From Clostridiales bacterium (GTDB lineage: Bacteria > Bacillota > Clostridia > Saccharofermentanales > Saccharofermentanaceae), in the NCBI GenBank assembly GCA_017513085.1, contig JAFWDK010000012.1:8310-72309 (forward strand): a DNA stretch of 64,000 nucleotides, read 5' to 3'. The position numbers and the translations under genes were made by a program. The notes under the pieces were generated by a model. It was not told where the DNA came from, ran no database searches, and saw only the letters and a program-made list of their open reading frames with translations. Shown piece after piece: positions 1-9,669 of the stretch (its first letter is position 1; each line of letters starts with the position of its first letter).

Positions 1-2260
1 CTATTCTAATAAATTTGTGACTATAGATTTGACCCCATGTCCTAATCTGGAAGAACTTAACATAAATGCTAATCAGTTAAAGAATATAGATGTTTCCTCA
101 AACAAATTATTGAGACAATTAGTTTGTAAAGAAAACCAGTTAGTTTCGCTTGACGTAAGTAATCATGCGATGCTTGATGATTTTTCGTGCAGATTCAACA
201 ACATAAAGACACTCAACTTGAGTGGTTGCAAAAAGTTGACAGATCTATCGTATATTCACGAAGATAATCCGTTAGAGAGCCTGGACCTGTCAGATTGTAT
301 CAGTTTGAATGAATTCTCGATTAATGATACACCGCTTATTTCTGTTGACCTGAGTAGGTGTTCTGGACTAGTTAGGGTGGATCTGTCGAATAATCAGCTT
401 GAGGAGATTAGCCTGGACGGGTGTGATCATCTTCAGGAACTGAATGTATATAACAATAATCTTGAAGATTTGGATATTTCCACTTGTAAACGACTGGAGA
501 CTCTTGATTGCAGACTCAACTATCTGACTAAAAAACCTTCTGCGAGCAATCTTACTGTTAAGTTTGATCCGCAGAAAATATTAGAGGCTCCTTCAGGATT
601 CAAAGTTGAAACTGTCAGTGAAGAGAGCGTTACACTTGCTTGGGATGACGCAGGAGAAGACATACATTATGAGTTGTTCAGATCTGATTCCAAAGATGAC
701 GGGTACATAAGTATTTACAGTGCTGATCGTTGTACTTCATATACGGATGAGGATTTGAACCCTAATACAACATATTACTATAAGCTAAGACTGTGGATAT
801 CTGTTGATAGAATAGTAATCGAAAGTCCTTTTTCTGATACTTTGGAAGCAAAGACAAAAGCACTTCCGACGCCTACTCCTACAGAGACACCGTCGCCAAC
901 ACCAAATCCGGTAACTCCTACACCGACACCGGTAGTGAAAAAAACTGGTATTAAAATCGATGAAGAGCATTTCCCTGATAAGGCGTTCCGTAAATATGTT
1001 TCTGAGTCTATCGATAAAGATTCAAATGGATTGTTAAGTCAGGATGAAATAACTATTACTGATTTCATGGATGTCAGTGAACAGGGAATACAATCAATCA
1101 AAGGAATTGAGTATTTTGCTGATTTAAAATGGCTTGGTTGCGAACATAATAGTATATCTACTATTGATGTAAGTAAAAATGCGAAACTAACGAGTCTTTG
1201 GTGTGGAGATAATAAGATTACAGGACTTGTGATTAATCCGAATCTTATGTATCTTGAGTGCAATGATAATCTGTTAACGAGTTTAGATGTTAGTAAGAAT
1301 AAAGAATTGGATGTGCTTGTAGCACATCACAATAAGCTAGCTTCGCTTGATATTTCAAACTGCAAAGTTAAAGGCGTTGTTGACGATGATTATCTGGAGT
1401 TTGTAGAGAAAGAAGATTTCTATGCATACATTGATCCGGAAAAAAATGAGTATTATCTTTCTTTTGATAAGACTACAAAGATTATCGGTGCGAATGTTCC
1501 TGTCCCATCTACCGGATCTATCGCAGACTTCGTAGAGCGTCTTTATACGGTTGCGCTCGGTCGTCCTTCTGAGAAAGAGGGTAAAGAGTATTGGGTAAAG
1601 GAAATCACAAATGGTAACAAGACCGGTGCTGATTGCGGTCTGTTCTTCCTAACAAGTGAAGAGTTCAACAACCGTGGCCTCAGTATTGAGAACTTTGTAG
1701 AGACGCTTTACCAGACATTCTTCGGACGTGCTTCCGAACCGAATGGAAAAGCCTACTGGGTTGGTGAACTGAAGAGTGGAAGAAAGAGCAGGGCAGATGT
1801 CATCTGGGGCTTCATTGATTCGAAAGAATGGTGCAATATCTGTGCGGATTACGGAGTTAAGTCCGGCGCGCCGACAGCAAAAGCAGAGCACGCATCGCAG
1901 AACGCGATCGATTTTGCAACACGTCTTTACACTTGCTGCCTCGGCAGAGCATCGGAAGAAGGTGGACTGAAGTACTGGTCTTTGGCACTTACCAACCTTG
2001 AGCAGACAGGTTGCTCGGCAGCGAAGTTATTCTTTACCAGTGAGGAGTTTGTCAAATTCAAACTCAAAGACGATGAGTATGTAAGAAGACTGTACACGAC
2101 GTTCATGGGCAGAGAGCCGGCTAAGGATGAGATAGCATACTGGATAGGCGAGATCAAGAAAGGAAGCCAGACCAGGTATAGCATTATGCAGTTCTTCGGT
2201 CAGTCGCCGGAGTTCACAAACATCTGTAAGAAGTACGGTATTGATCGTGGCACGATCTAG
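1..2260 (+). CDS. LRR / FN3 / Pro-Thr linker surface protein with C-terminal DUF4214-type repeats (5' truncated by window edge)
   Basis: Frame is open from the window start. Internalin-like LRRs (LxxLxCxxNxL), FN3 motif (VTLAW...LNPNTTYYYKL), PT linker, 'FPDKAFR..DKDSNGLLS' cap, and C-terminal 'FVERLYTVALGR..E..G..YW' repeats ending YGIDRGTI. Confidence 0.85.
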   Translation, partial: YSNKFVTIDLTPCPNLEELNINANQLKNIDVSSNKLLRQLVCKENQLVSLDVSNHAMLDDFSCRFNNIKTLNLSGCKKLTDLSYIHEDNPLESLDLSDCISLNEFSINDTPLISVDLSRCSGLVRVDLSNNQLEEISLDGCDHLQELNVYNNNLEDLDISTCKRLETLDCRLNYLTKKPSASNLTVKFDPQKILEAPSGFKVETVSEESVTLAWDDAGEDIHYELFRSDSKDDGYISIYSADRCTSYTDEDLNPNTTYYYKLRLWISVDRIVIESPFSDTLEAKTKALPTPTPTETPSPTPNPVTPTPTPVVKKTGIKIDEEHFPDKAFRKYVSESIDKDSNGLLSQDEITITDFMDVSEQGIQSIKGIEYFADLKWLGCEHNSISTIDVSKNAKLTSLWCGDNKITGLVINPNLMYLECNDNLLTSLDVSKNKELDVLVAHHNKLASLDISNCKVKGVVDDDYLEFVEKEDFYAYIDPEKNEYYLSFDKTTKIIGANVPVPSTGSIADFVERLYTVALGRPSEKEGKEYWVKEITNGNKTGADCGLFFLTSEEFNNRGLSIENFVETLYQTFFGRASEPNGKAYWVGELKSGRKSRADVIWGFIDSKEWCNICADYGVKSGAPTAKAEHASQNAIDFATRLYTCCLGRASEEGGLKYWSLALTNLEQTGCSAAKLFFTSEEFVKFKLKDDEYVRRLYTTFMGREPAKDEIAYWIGEIKKGSQTRYSIMQFFGQSPEFTNICKKYGIDRGTI

Positions 2261-2285
2261 AATTAGATAATTCAAGTAGTGAAGC

Positions 2286-2318
2286 AGTCCTCCTGTGGAA
2301 GCCATCCGCAGGAGGACT
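2286..2318 (+). terminator. Probable intrinsic terminator hairpin
   Basis: AGTCCTCCTGTGGA...TCCGCAGGAGGACT inverted repeat just after the stop codon. Confidence 0.65.
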
Positions 2319-2441
2319 TACATTTTCAATTGCCTTTGAAAAAATAAGTGTTTAAGCTTATCCATAACACACATCTTTCTTGGAATTCTGGGTGCGGTAT
2401 AATAACTATAATGTGATTATGCGATACGGAGAATAAGTTGA

Positions 2442-3197
2442 ATGTTTGGAAAAGAGAATCATATTACGTTAGATGATTACAAATTGTTCTTGGAGATACT
2501 GTGGAACACCAACAGAACAGAAACAGAAGCTGTGCAAAAAGCAGTAGAGTATTTCCTGTGGGCGCTTTTCGGGCTTTCTTCTGACGTCAGCGTTGTTGAT
2601 GTACATAACGATAACATAATTACTTCTAAACATGATCCGTCACGCTTTTACCTCTTGCGTGGTATTGAAGCTAAGAAAGAATCACTTACAAAAAAGCGAA
2701 TGACAGAGAAGACCCGGGAAGATATAAAGTCACGATATGAAACTGCCCAGAATGAGTTTGCAAAAAGGAAAAACATGTATATGGGTGGGGACGATAACGA
2801 TAGTTTTTACTCAGGTCCGCCGGATCTGATGGTTGTGAAGAACTATAACTATGAAAACATTGAACATGGAAATGGTACGATTTGTTTTCTGGTAGAAACA
2901 AAAGAGTTTGAAGAAGATTTGAAAAAGATTCAGGAAAAAGATTCTAAGTTTTCACAGATTTTCTCACATATGACGCAAGCAAACAACGTCGTTCTTACTA
3001 ATGGAAAAATGTGGATACTATATACACAGAAATCAAATGATCATCCGAACTATGACGAATGGAAACAAGAAGTATTACAGAATTCAAAGGTGTTTGAACT
3101 CTGGAATGACAAGAACGAAAAGAATACCGAAAAGTTTGAAGAGTTGTGTGAGACACTAAAAAATCTGGCGGCCAATACAAACAAAGTAACCTGTTAA
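2442..3197 (+). CDS. Hypothetical protein, PD-(D/E)XK / HsdR-N-terminal-like nuclease domain
   Basis: 251 aa; GGAG RBS and TATAAT upstream. Motifs 'TEAVQKAVEYFLWAL', 'PPDLMV...FLVETK' and 'VVLTNGKMWILY' resemble the type I restriction HsdR N-terminal domain. Confidence 0.55.
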   Translation: MFGKENHITLDDYKLFLEILWNTNRTETEAVQKAVEYFLWALFGLSSDVSVVDVHNDNIITSKHDPSRFYLLRGIEAKKESLTKKRMTEKTREDIKSRYETAQNEFAKRKNMYMGGDDNDSFYSGPPDLMVVKNYNYENIEHGNGTICFLVETKEFEEDLKKIQEKDSKFSQIFSHMTQANNVVLTNGKMWILYTQKSNDHPNYDEWKQEVLQNSKVFELWNDKNEKNTEKFEELCETLKNLAANTNKVTC

Positions 3198-3234
3198 TCT
3201 TGCATATTGTTCCAGCGTATAGATTAATTCATTC

Positions 3235-3272
3235 AAGAAGGCGGTTCCGAGATACAAGGGAACGGCCTTCTT
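3235..3272 (+). terminator. Probable intrinsic terminator
   Basis: AAGAAGGCGGTTCC...GGAACGGCCTTCTT hairpin followed by T residues. Confidence 0.6.
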
Positions 3273-3414
3273 TGGATTTGACATATTATCGTTCTGTAAA
3301 CTTTCACGAAGAAAAGGCCAAATTCGCTACTATTCTGATATTCTATGTTTAACGAAAAGAAAGCCTTGAGCAGGCTCTCTTAATCTTGATTGTATGTGGG
3401 AGGGGAATGAATAT

Positions 3415-6096
3415 ATGAAAAAAGCAGTGATAGTGACGGCATTGGTCGCATCTGTAACATTTGCTGTTTCTTCAATCAACTTGTTTGCTAAGAAGGTGGC
3501 CTATGCAGACGAAAATATAGTATATCCGCAGGCGGACGTGGCAATTGATGAGAAGAATTTCCCAGATGAGTATTTTAGAAAGTATGTATTGAATAATTTT
3601 GATCAAAATCACGATGGTACTCTTTCTGAAGCAGAGATTGCTGAAGTTACGAGAGTGGTTTATGAAGGTAAAAATGTAAAATCGCTTAAGGGAGTGGAAT
3701 TTTTTACTGAACTAAAGGATTTGTGTTGTTCTAATTGTCAATTGACGAGTTTGGACGTGAGCAAGAATACGAATCTTACAGAATTGGACTGCAGATATAA
3801 CCAGCTGACTAATCTGGATGTGAGCAAGAATGCGAATCTTACAAAATTGAAATGCGGTTCTAACCAGCTGACTAATCTGGATGTGAGCAAAAATACGAAG
3901 TTGGAAAATTTGAATTGTTATGGAAACCAACTGACTAATCTGGATGTGAGCAACAATCCGAATTTGATAGACTTTGATTGCTCGGAAAATCAATTGATAA
4001 GTCTGGATGTGAGCAACAATTCGAAGTTGGAAAACTTGACTTGTTTGGTAAACCAACTGACTAATCTAGATGTGAGCAACAATCCGAAGTTGAGATTCTT
4101 TAGTTGCAGGGAAAATCAATTGACAAGTCTGGATGTAAGCAACAATTTGCAGTTGAAAGTCTTGTATTGTGGTAAAAACAAACTGAAAAATATAGATTTA
4201 GGTCAAAATTCAAATCTGGAAGTATTGGGGTGCGAATTTAACCAGCTGACGAGTTTGGATCTTAGCAAACTTGGTTATTTGGATGCTCTGGTATGTGATA
4301 ATAATCAGATTGATAAACTCGATGTTTCGAACTGTACGGAATTAATATCGCTGTGCAAGAAATTTGGTGTTCAGCAGAATATAACCGGAATGTGTCAAGT
4401 GGCACACGAACAAGAATATCTTTTTTTCTCGGTCGATTCAGTTGTGAAGATGACACCAGAGTTATTCGTACCCATAATGCCAAATTCAATGAGTGTAGAA
4501 ATTGATCTTTCAAATGAAGGTATTCCGCGTAATGGAAGTGATGATCCGATTCATGCATGGAATGCTTTATGGTATTTGGATATGGTGTATGACTTGTTCG
4601 ATAGTTACTATGATAGAGGTATTACGTCAACAGATTTAGATCGCGATGGTCATTACGATGTGGATGAATTCTATAATGGAGATTTTTACCTTAAAAAATC
4701 AGCTTCCTGTAACATCAAAGATGAATTTGTTTTTAAGAAAGACCAATTGAAAGATACGATCTACAAAGAAATTGCAATTGTATTTGGTGAGCATTATACA
4801 ATATCGTTTGATGCAAATGGCGGAAGTGGAGTTATGGATTCGAGAAGGCTATTCGATGGAAAAGAGTTTGTACTCCCAGAATGTGAGTTTGCTGCACCGG
4901 AAGGAAAAGAATTTGACCGATGGAATCTGGGTGACCCCGGTGTTTCTGTTAAGATTACTGCCGATACCACGCTCAAAGCACAATGGAAAGATATAATTTA
5001 TTCAGTAAAAGTAACAACTGACGGGCATGGAACTGCGCTTGCTTCAGTAGATAATGGTGCGATGGGTACAGAAGTCACATTGAAGACACAGCCAAATGAT
5101 GGCTATAAGTTTAAAGAATGGCAGGTCATATCTGGTGGAGTTACAATTAAGGATGATAAGTTCGTGATTGGTACTGAGAATGTAGAAATCAAGGCGTTTT
5201 TTGAAGCAGTATCTTCAAATCCTACTCCGAGCGTATTTCCAACGCCGCCAGCGGTCCCTGCAACTCCAACTCCAGTAGGGCAAACTCCTACTAATGTTCC
5301 TACTCAGAATCCTACACCAACACAGCAGCCTACACCCGCTCCCTCCAAAGGCACTATCGCCGATTTCGTTGAGCGTCTTTACACGGTAGCTCTTGGGCGT
5401 GCATCCGAGAAAGATGGTAAAGAATTCTGGGTTAAAGAGATCACAAATGGTAACAAGACCGGTGCTGATTGCGGTCTGTTCTTCCTAACAAGTGAAGAGT
5501 TCAACAACCGTGGCCTCAGTATTGAGAACTTTGTAGAGACGCTTTACCAGACATTCTTCGGACGTGCTTCTGAACCGAATGGTAAAGCATACTGGGTTGG
5601 TGAACTGAAGAAAGGATCGAAGAGTAGAGAAGATGTTATTCGTGGATTCATCGATTCTACAGAGTGGTGTAATATCTGTGCGGATTACGGAGTTAAGTCC
5701 GGCGCGCCGACAGCAAAAGCAGAGCACGCATCGCAGAACGCGATCGATTTTGCAACACGTCTTTACACTTGCTGCCTTGGCCGTGATCCAGAAGACGGAG
5801 GGCTGAAGTACTGGTCACTTGCCCTGACAAACTTGGAGCAGACAGGATGCACAGCAGCAAAAGAATTCTTCATGTCACAGGAGTTCGTCAACCTTAAACT
5901 GAAGGATGACGAGTATATCAGGAGACTCTATACGACGTTCATGGGACGTGATCCTGAATCAAGCGAGATCGCATACTGGACGGGAGAAATCAAGAAAGGC
6001 ACGCAGACCAGGTACAGCATCATGCAGTTCTTCGGTCAGTCACCGGAGTTTACGGAAATCTGCAAAAAGTACGGTATTGATCGCGGAACAATCTGA
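3415..6096 (+). CDS. Secreted LRR surface protein with InlB B-repeat-like domains and DUF4214-type C-terminus
   Basis: GGGAGG RBS, signal peptide MKKAVIVTAL..AYA, 21-aa LRR tandem, 'YTISFDANGGSG' and 'GYKFKEWQV' repeat domains, PT linker, DUF4214-type repeats. Confidence 0.88.
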   Translation: MKKAVIVTALVASVTFAVSSINLFAKKVAYADENIVYPQADVAIDEKNFPDEYFRKYVLNNFDQNHDGTLSEAEIAEVTRVVYEGKNVKSLKGVEFFTELKDLCCSNCQLTSLDVSKNTNLTELDCRYNQLTNLDVSKNANLTKLKCGSNQLTNLDVSKNTKLENLNCYGNQLTNLDVSNNPNLIDFDCSENQLISLDVSNNSKLENLTCLVNQLTNLDVSNNPKLRFFSCRENQLTSLDVSNNLQLKVLYCGKNKLKNIDLGQNSNLEVLGCEFNQLTSLDLSKLGYLDALVCDNNQIDKLDVSNCTELISLCKKFGVQQNITGMCQVAHEQEYLFFSVDSVVKMTPELFVPIMPNSMSVEIDLSNEGIPRNGSDDPIHAWNALWYLDMVYDLFDSYYDRGITSTDLDRDGHYDVDEFYNGDFYLKKSASCNIKDEFVFKKDQLKDTIYKEIAIVFGEHYTISFDANGGSGVMDSRRLFDGKEFVLPECEFAAPEGKEFDRWNLGDPGVSVKITADTTLKAQWKDIIYSVKVTTDGHGTALASVDNGAMGTEVTLKTQPNDGYKFKEWQVISGGVTIKDDKFVIGTENVEIKAFFEAVSSNPTPSVFPTPPAVPATPTPVGQTPTNVPTQNPTPTQQPTPAPSKGTIADFVERLYTVALGRASEKDGKEFWVKEITNGNKTGADCGLFFLTSEEFNNRGLSIENFVETLYQTFFGRASEPNGKAYWVGELKKGSKSREDVIRGFIDSTEWCNICADYGVKSGAPTAKAEHASQNAIDFATRLYTCCLGRDPEDGGLKYWSLALTNLEQTGCTAAKEFFMSQEFVNLKLKDDEYIRRLYTTFMGRDPESSEIAYWTGEIKKGTQTRYSIMQFFGQSPEFTEICKKYGIDRGTI
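3730..4200 (+). repeat. 63-bp coding tandem repeats (LRR units)
   Basis: AACCARCTGACTAATCTGGATGTGAGCAA core recurs with 63-bp period (3799, 3862, 3925, 3988, 4051, 4114), some copies with substitutions. Confidence 0.85.
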
Positions 6097-6118
6097 TCAC
6101 AAACTAAGTATTATCTTT

Positions 6119-6175
6119 ATGAGGCCATCTGCACTACATAAGTGTGGGTGGCCTTTTTAACAGAAAGTTAACAAA
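6119..6175 (+). terminator. Intrinsic terminator, copy A of a duplicated 57-bp intergenic element
   Basis: GGCCATCTGCACT..AGTGTGGGTGGCC followed by TTTTT; 52/57 identical to 9505-9561. Confidence 0.8.
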
Positions 6176-6214
6176 TAAATCTGTAACTGCCCCAAACGGC
6201 GGATTCTCCTAGGA

Positions 6215-6273
6215 AAATCGCTGCTATTCTACGAGTAGCAGATTAAGATAGCCCTTAACAGGACTATCTTAAT
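6215..6273 (+). promoter_or_regulatory. Extended -10-like motif (TGcTATTCT) within a small palindrome, followed by a long hairpin
   Basis: CTGCTATTC-TAC-GAGTAGCAG then ATTAAGATAGCCCT-TAAC-AGGACTATCTTAAT. Related motifs at about 3321, 9596 and 11646. Confidence 0.5.
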
Positions 6274-6302
6274 TCAATCTTGTGAAATGGGGTGTTACGA
6301 GA

Positions 6303-9300
6303 ATGAAATGGGTTAAGAATTTCCTACGTGGAGCATTTGCAGTAGCATTGTCTCTTTGCATATTGCTTGGAGTAGCATATAAAACAAATGTTAATGCTGT
6401 TGCTGTATCCGATATTCAAGCTTTGCTGAGTACAAAAATGACTGAGAATGGATTTAAACCAGGACAGTCGCTTTCAGAATCAAATTGCTGGAAATTTGTT
6501 AATTCGCTTTGTAGTTATCTTTATAAGCATGGACTACCATCTCAAATGCCCAGTAAATATGAATTTTATAGAACAAGCAATAGATTTCATACAGGTTGGG
6601 AGGATAACTATATCCAGGTTGGAAATACATTGACAATAGCTGATGGAACCTTAAACTCTACTTCGTTAACGAATCTCCTTTTACAATCCCAACCTGGTGA
6701 CGTTATTCAGATGAATTACAATCGAGATAGCGGAGATGATTTTCATACTTTAATGATATATTCTATTTCTAATACTGGTGCGATTTTTTATCATGCAGGT
6801 TCAATAGTATACTTTGGGGGCAACGGTTTTTGGGGAACGAAAGGAACCGAAATACCATGGGCAACTGTATGGAGCATGTTTGGTCAATCAAATGACGGTA
6901 TTAGTATTTATCGTTCAAAGAGAGTTACAGGAGGCCAAACACCGTCTAACGATCCACCGACGATTTCTGTTTCTGGTTTCAATGCGCCGACAAATCTCAA
7001 TGTTGGTCAGTCTTTCGGTCTTTACGGAACAGCAACATGTTCGCCTGGCGTTATTTCACAGGTTGAAGCCAAGGTACTTAATTCCTCGATTGGAATAACG
7101 GTATACCCGGGTTCCTCAGCATTTAATGTCCGTAGTAGCTATTCTGGAGGCAATGTAAATAATGCAATCGCCTTCAATAAGTTATCTGCAGGTTCATATA
7201 CTCTGTACTATAAGATAACTGCTCAAAATGGGAATAAGACAACAGTCAAGGAACTGTCTTATCCGTTTACCGTTGGATCAGTAACTCCTAGTACTCCGGA
7301 AATCTCGAGTATTACTGCATCTAAAACGGCTACTTTATCAGGAGACACAGTTACTATCAACTGGACTACGAAAAATGCGGGGTCAGTGTGGCTCCATGTA
7401 TGGAAGGACGGACAACCGGAATACTTTTCAGAAGGACAGGGGAGTAATACTTCCAGAGCTATAACTTTGAATGGCGCTGGAGTCTATGAAGTGAAACTCA
7501 CACCATATTCAGGGCAAGGATATACAGGAACTGAGGGCAGTTACGCTTCTGTTTTGATCTATGTTTATAATGCGATTACAGATCCATGGATAACTGCTGA
7601 TAAGACAAATGTTGTGGTCGGCGAAACAGTAACATTCTCGTTTGGCGCGAATAATGCACAGCTTTATTGCTTGGGATTTGATAAAGAAGGCGTCGGAAGA
7701 ATCTGGACGCCTGACTGTGGGACACAGACGACCTTTGCTACTGCTTTTGATTCTCCAGGAACGTACACGGTTTACGCCTCTTGCTACATCCCTGATGTAC
7801 AAAGCGTTGATACGAGCAAAGTAACAATTAATGTCAGTCCAGATTTCTCGATGATTCTTTCTTGTGGGGATTCTGTTGAATATGGGGAACCTTTCACAGT
7901 GAACTGGACACCGGTACAGGGTGCAGTTCGTTATAGAGTCGAGTTTTACTGCAAAACACGAAGTAAAAATGGTTTTATAGTATATTACGACTATGAAACT
8001 ACGAAAACATCATATTCTTTAAACGCCCATTTGGCGGGGGGACTTGCATACGATTTCTTCTCCCAAGATTTCTATGAAGATTACTCTGTGGGCATTTATT
8101 CCGTGGATAGTAATGAAAAGAGCTCTTTCTGTGGAAATCTTCCTCTGAGAATTACCGCGCCCTATGTTGAAACTCCACAAATGAGTGTCCAGAGTGTATC
8201 CAATCAGTCATTTATTTTGAAATGGAATGCAGTTGTAGATGCCGAAGCATATGTTCTGTATTTTAGATTGCCTTCGGAGGAAAAAACTCGAAGTGCATAT
8301 CATTCCAAGGATACAACTCTTGAGATAAATCAGGAAATGGCACTAAAACAATACGGAAAAGAATTGATACCGGGTGAAACATATTGTGTAAGAATAGCTA
8401 CTTTTAAGAAAGTAGAGGGAGAAGAAGGGAGAAGCTCTGCACGATTTCGCTCAGATATGAGCGAGGAACTCATGATTACTATTCCGACGGCTACGCCTAC
8501 GCCAACTAAGGCACCTACTAAGGTGCCGTCAAAAGCACCCACTAAGGCTCCAACTAAAGCACCTACAAAAGTACCAACAAAAAAGCCTGTAACACCAACG
8601 CCGACGAAGAAAGCGACACCTACGCCTACTAAGAAGGTCACACCTACAAAGACACCTACGAAGACACCGACAAAGATGCCAACTAAGGTTCCTACAAAGG
8701 TGCCGACTCAGAAGCCTACACCAACAAAAGCACCTGTCTTCAGTGATTTTGTAGAGAGATTGTACACTTGTGCGCTGAACCGTGCTTCGGAGCCGGGTGG
8801 TAAGAAGTTCTGGACAGATGAGGTAACGAGCGGAAGAAGAACAGGTGGCGATTGTGCAAGATACTTCTTGCTTGAGGCACCTGAGTTCATGAACCGAAAT
8901 CTCAGCGTGGAGGATTTTGTAGAGACGCTTTATAAGACATTCTTTGATCGTAAGTCCGATGTAGCCGGAAAGAAAGGCTGGGTGGACGCGATCAAGTCCG
9001 GAGCGATGTCACGAGCCGTGGTCGTTGAGAATTTTATCGAGTCAACTGAATGGTGTAATATCTGTGCTAAATACAGCGTTAAGTCCGGTGCGAAGTACCA
9101 CAAAGCAACAGTTGCATCGCCGAATTCAATCAGCTTTGCGACAAGGCTGTATACCTGTTGCCTGAAGCGTAGTGCGGATGCAGACGGTGTAAAGTACTGG
9201 AGCTTAGCTCTGACCAATCTCGAACAGACAGGCTGTTCGGCTGCTAATTTCTTCTTCACGGGACCAGAGTTTACAGCTCTGAAGACATCCCCTGAAGAGT

Positions 9301-9482
9301 ATGTAAGAAGATTGTACACAACGTTCATGGATAGAAATGCCGATGAGGGTGAGGTCACATACTGGGCAAGCAAGATCCGCAATAATGAGATGAGCAGACT
9401 TGCTGTGCTTCAGTTCTTTGGCCAAAGCGAAGAGTTTACAAATATCTGCGCGAAGTACGGTATCGATCGTGGAACGATCTGA
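6303..9482 (+). CDS. Secreted surface protein: putative CHAP/NlpC-like N-terminal domain, Ig/PKD/FN3-like domains, PTK linker, DUF4214-type C-terminus
   Basis: Signal peptide; 'NCWKFV..QPGDVIQM..HTLMI' Cys/His pattern; beta-rich domains; PTKAPTKV repeats at about 8483-8733; C-terminus YGIDRGTI. Confidence 0.8.
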   Translation: MKWVKNFLRGAFAVALSLCILLGVAYKTNVNAVAVSDIQALLSTKMTENGFKPGQSLSESNCWKFVNSLCSYLYKHGLPSQMPSKYEFYRTSNRFHTGWEDNYIQVGNTLTIADGTLNSTSLTNLLLQSQPGDVIQMNYNRDSGDDFHTLMIYSISNTGAIFYHAGSIVYFGGNGFWGTKGTEIPWATVWSMFGQSNDGISIYRSKRVTGGQTPSNDPPTISVSGFNAPTNLNVGQSFGLYGTATCSPGVISQVEAKVLNSSIGITVYPGSSAFNVRSSYSGGNVNNAIAFNKLSAGSYTLYYKITAQNGNKTTVKELSYPFTVGSVTPSTPEISSITASKTATLSGDTVTINWTTKNAGSVWLHVWKDGQPEYFSEGQGSNTSRAITLNGAGVYEVKLTPYSGQGYTGTEGSYASVLIYVYNAITDPWITADKTNVVVGETVTFSFGANNAQLYCLGFDKEGVGRIWTPDCGTQTTFATAFDSPGTYTVYASCYIPDVQSVDTSKVTINVSPDFSMILSCGDSVEYGEPFTVNWTPVQGAVRYRVEFYCKTRSKNGFIVYYDYETTKTSYSLNAHLAGGLAYDFFSQDFYEDYSVGIYSVDSNEKSSFCGNLPLRITAPYVETPQMSVQSVSNQSFILKWNAVVDAEAYVLYFRLPSEEKTRSAYHSKDTTLEINQEMALKQYGKELIPGETYCVRIATFKKVEGEEGRSSARFRSDMSEELMITIPTATPTPTKAPTKVPSKAPTKAPTKAPTKVPTKKPVTPTPTKKATPTPTKKVTPTKTPTKTPTKMPTKVPTKVPTQKPTPTKAPVFSDFVERLYTCALNRASEPGGKKFWTDEVTSGRRTGGDCARYFLLEAPEFMNRNLSVEDFVETLYKTFFDRKSDVAGKKGWVDAIKSGAMSRAVVVENFIESTEWCNICAKYSVKSGAKYHKATVASPNSISFATRLYTCCLKRSADADGVKYWSLALTNLEQTGCSAANFFFTGPEFTALKTSPEEYVRRLYTTFMDRNADEGEVTYWASKIRNNEMSRLAVLQFFGQSEEFTNICAKYGIDRGTI

Positions 9483-9504
9483 TTACAAGCTGAGCTATAT
9501 ATAG

Positions 9505-9561
9505 ATGAGGCCACCTACACTACAAAAGTGTGGGTGGCCGTTTTTACAGAAAGTTAACAAA
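9505..9561 (+). terminator. Intrinsic terminator, copy B of the duplicated element
   Basis: GGCCACCTACACT..AGTGTGGGTGGCC followed by GTTTTT; homologous to 6119-6175. Confidence 0.8.
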
Positions 9562-9595
9562 CTGATTTGTTCCCCGAAAGTATGGGCATTTTCGA

Positions 9596-9650
9596 CTGCT
9601 ATCCTACGGATAACAGTTAAAGATTGACTTCACATGTCAATCTTTAACTG
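9596..9650 (+). promoter_or_regulatory. Extended -10-like motif plus perfect 15-bp inverted repeat
   Basis: CTGCTATCC-TAC-GGATAACAG overlapping CAGTTAAAGATTGAC-ttcacat-GTCAATCTTTAACTG, upstream of a GGAGG RBS. Confidence 0.5.
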
Positions 9651-9669
9651 CTCTGTGTACGGGGAGGAT

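Noticed and set aside
3730-4200. Diversity-generating retroelement target
   Set aside because: No reverse transcriptase or template repeat in the window, and no clear adenine-specific pattern established.
8483-8733. PTK/PT low-complexity repeats as a phase-variation tract
   Set aside because: In-frame linker with varied codons; no frameshifting simple repeat.
6119-9650. Integron attC sites
   Set aside because: No integrase and no convincing RYYYAAC..GTTRRRY architecture; retained only as a generic junction motif.
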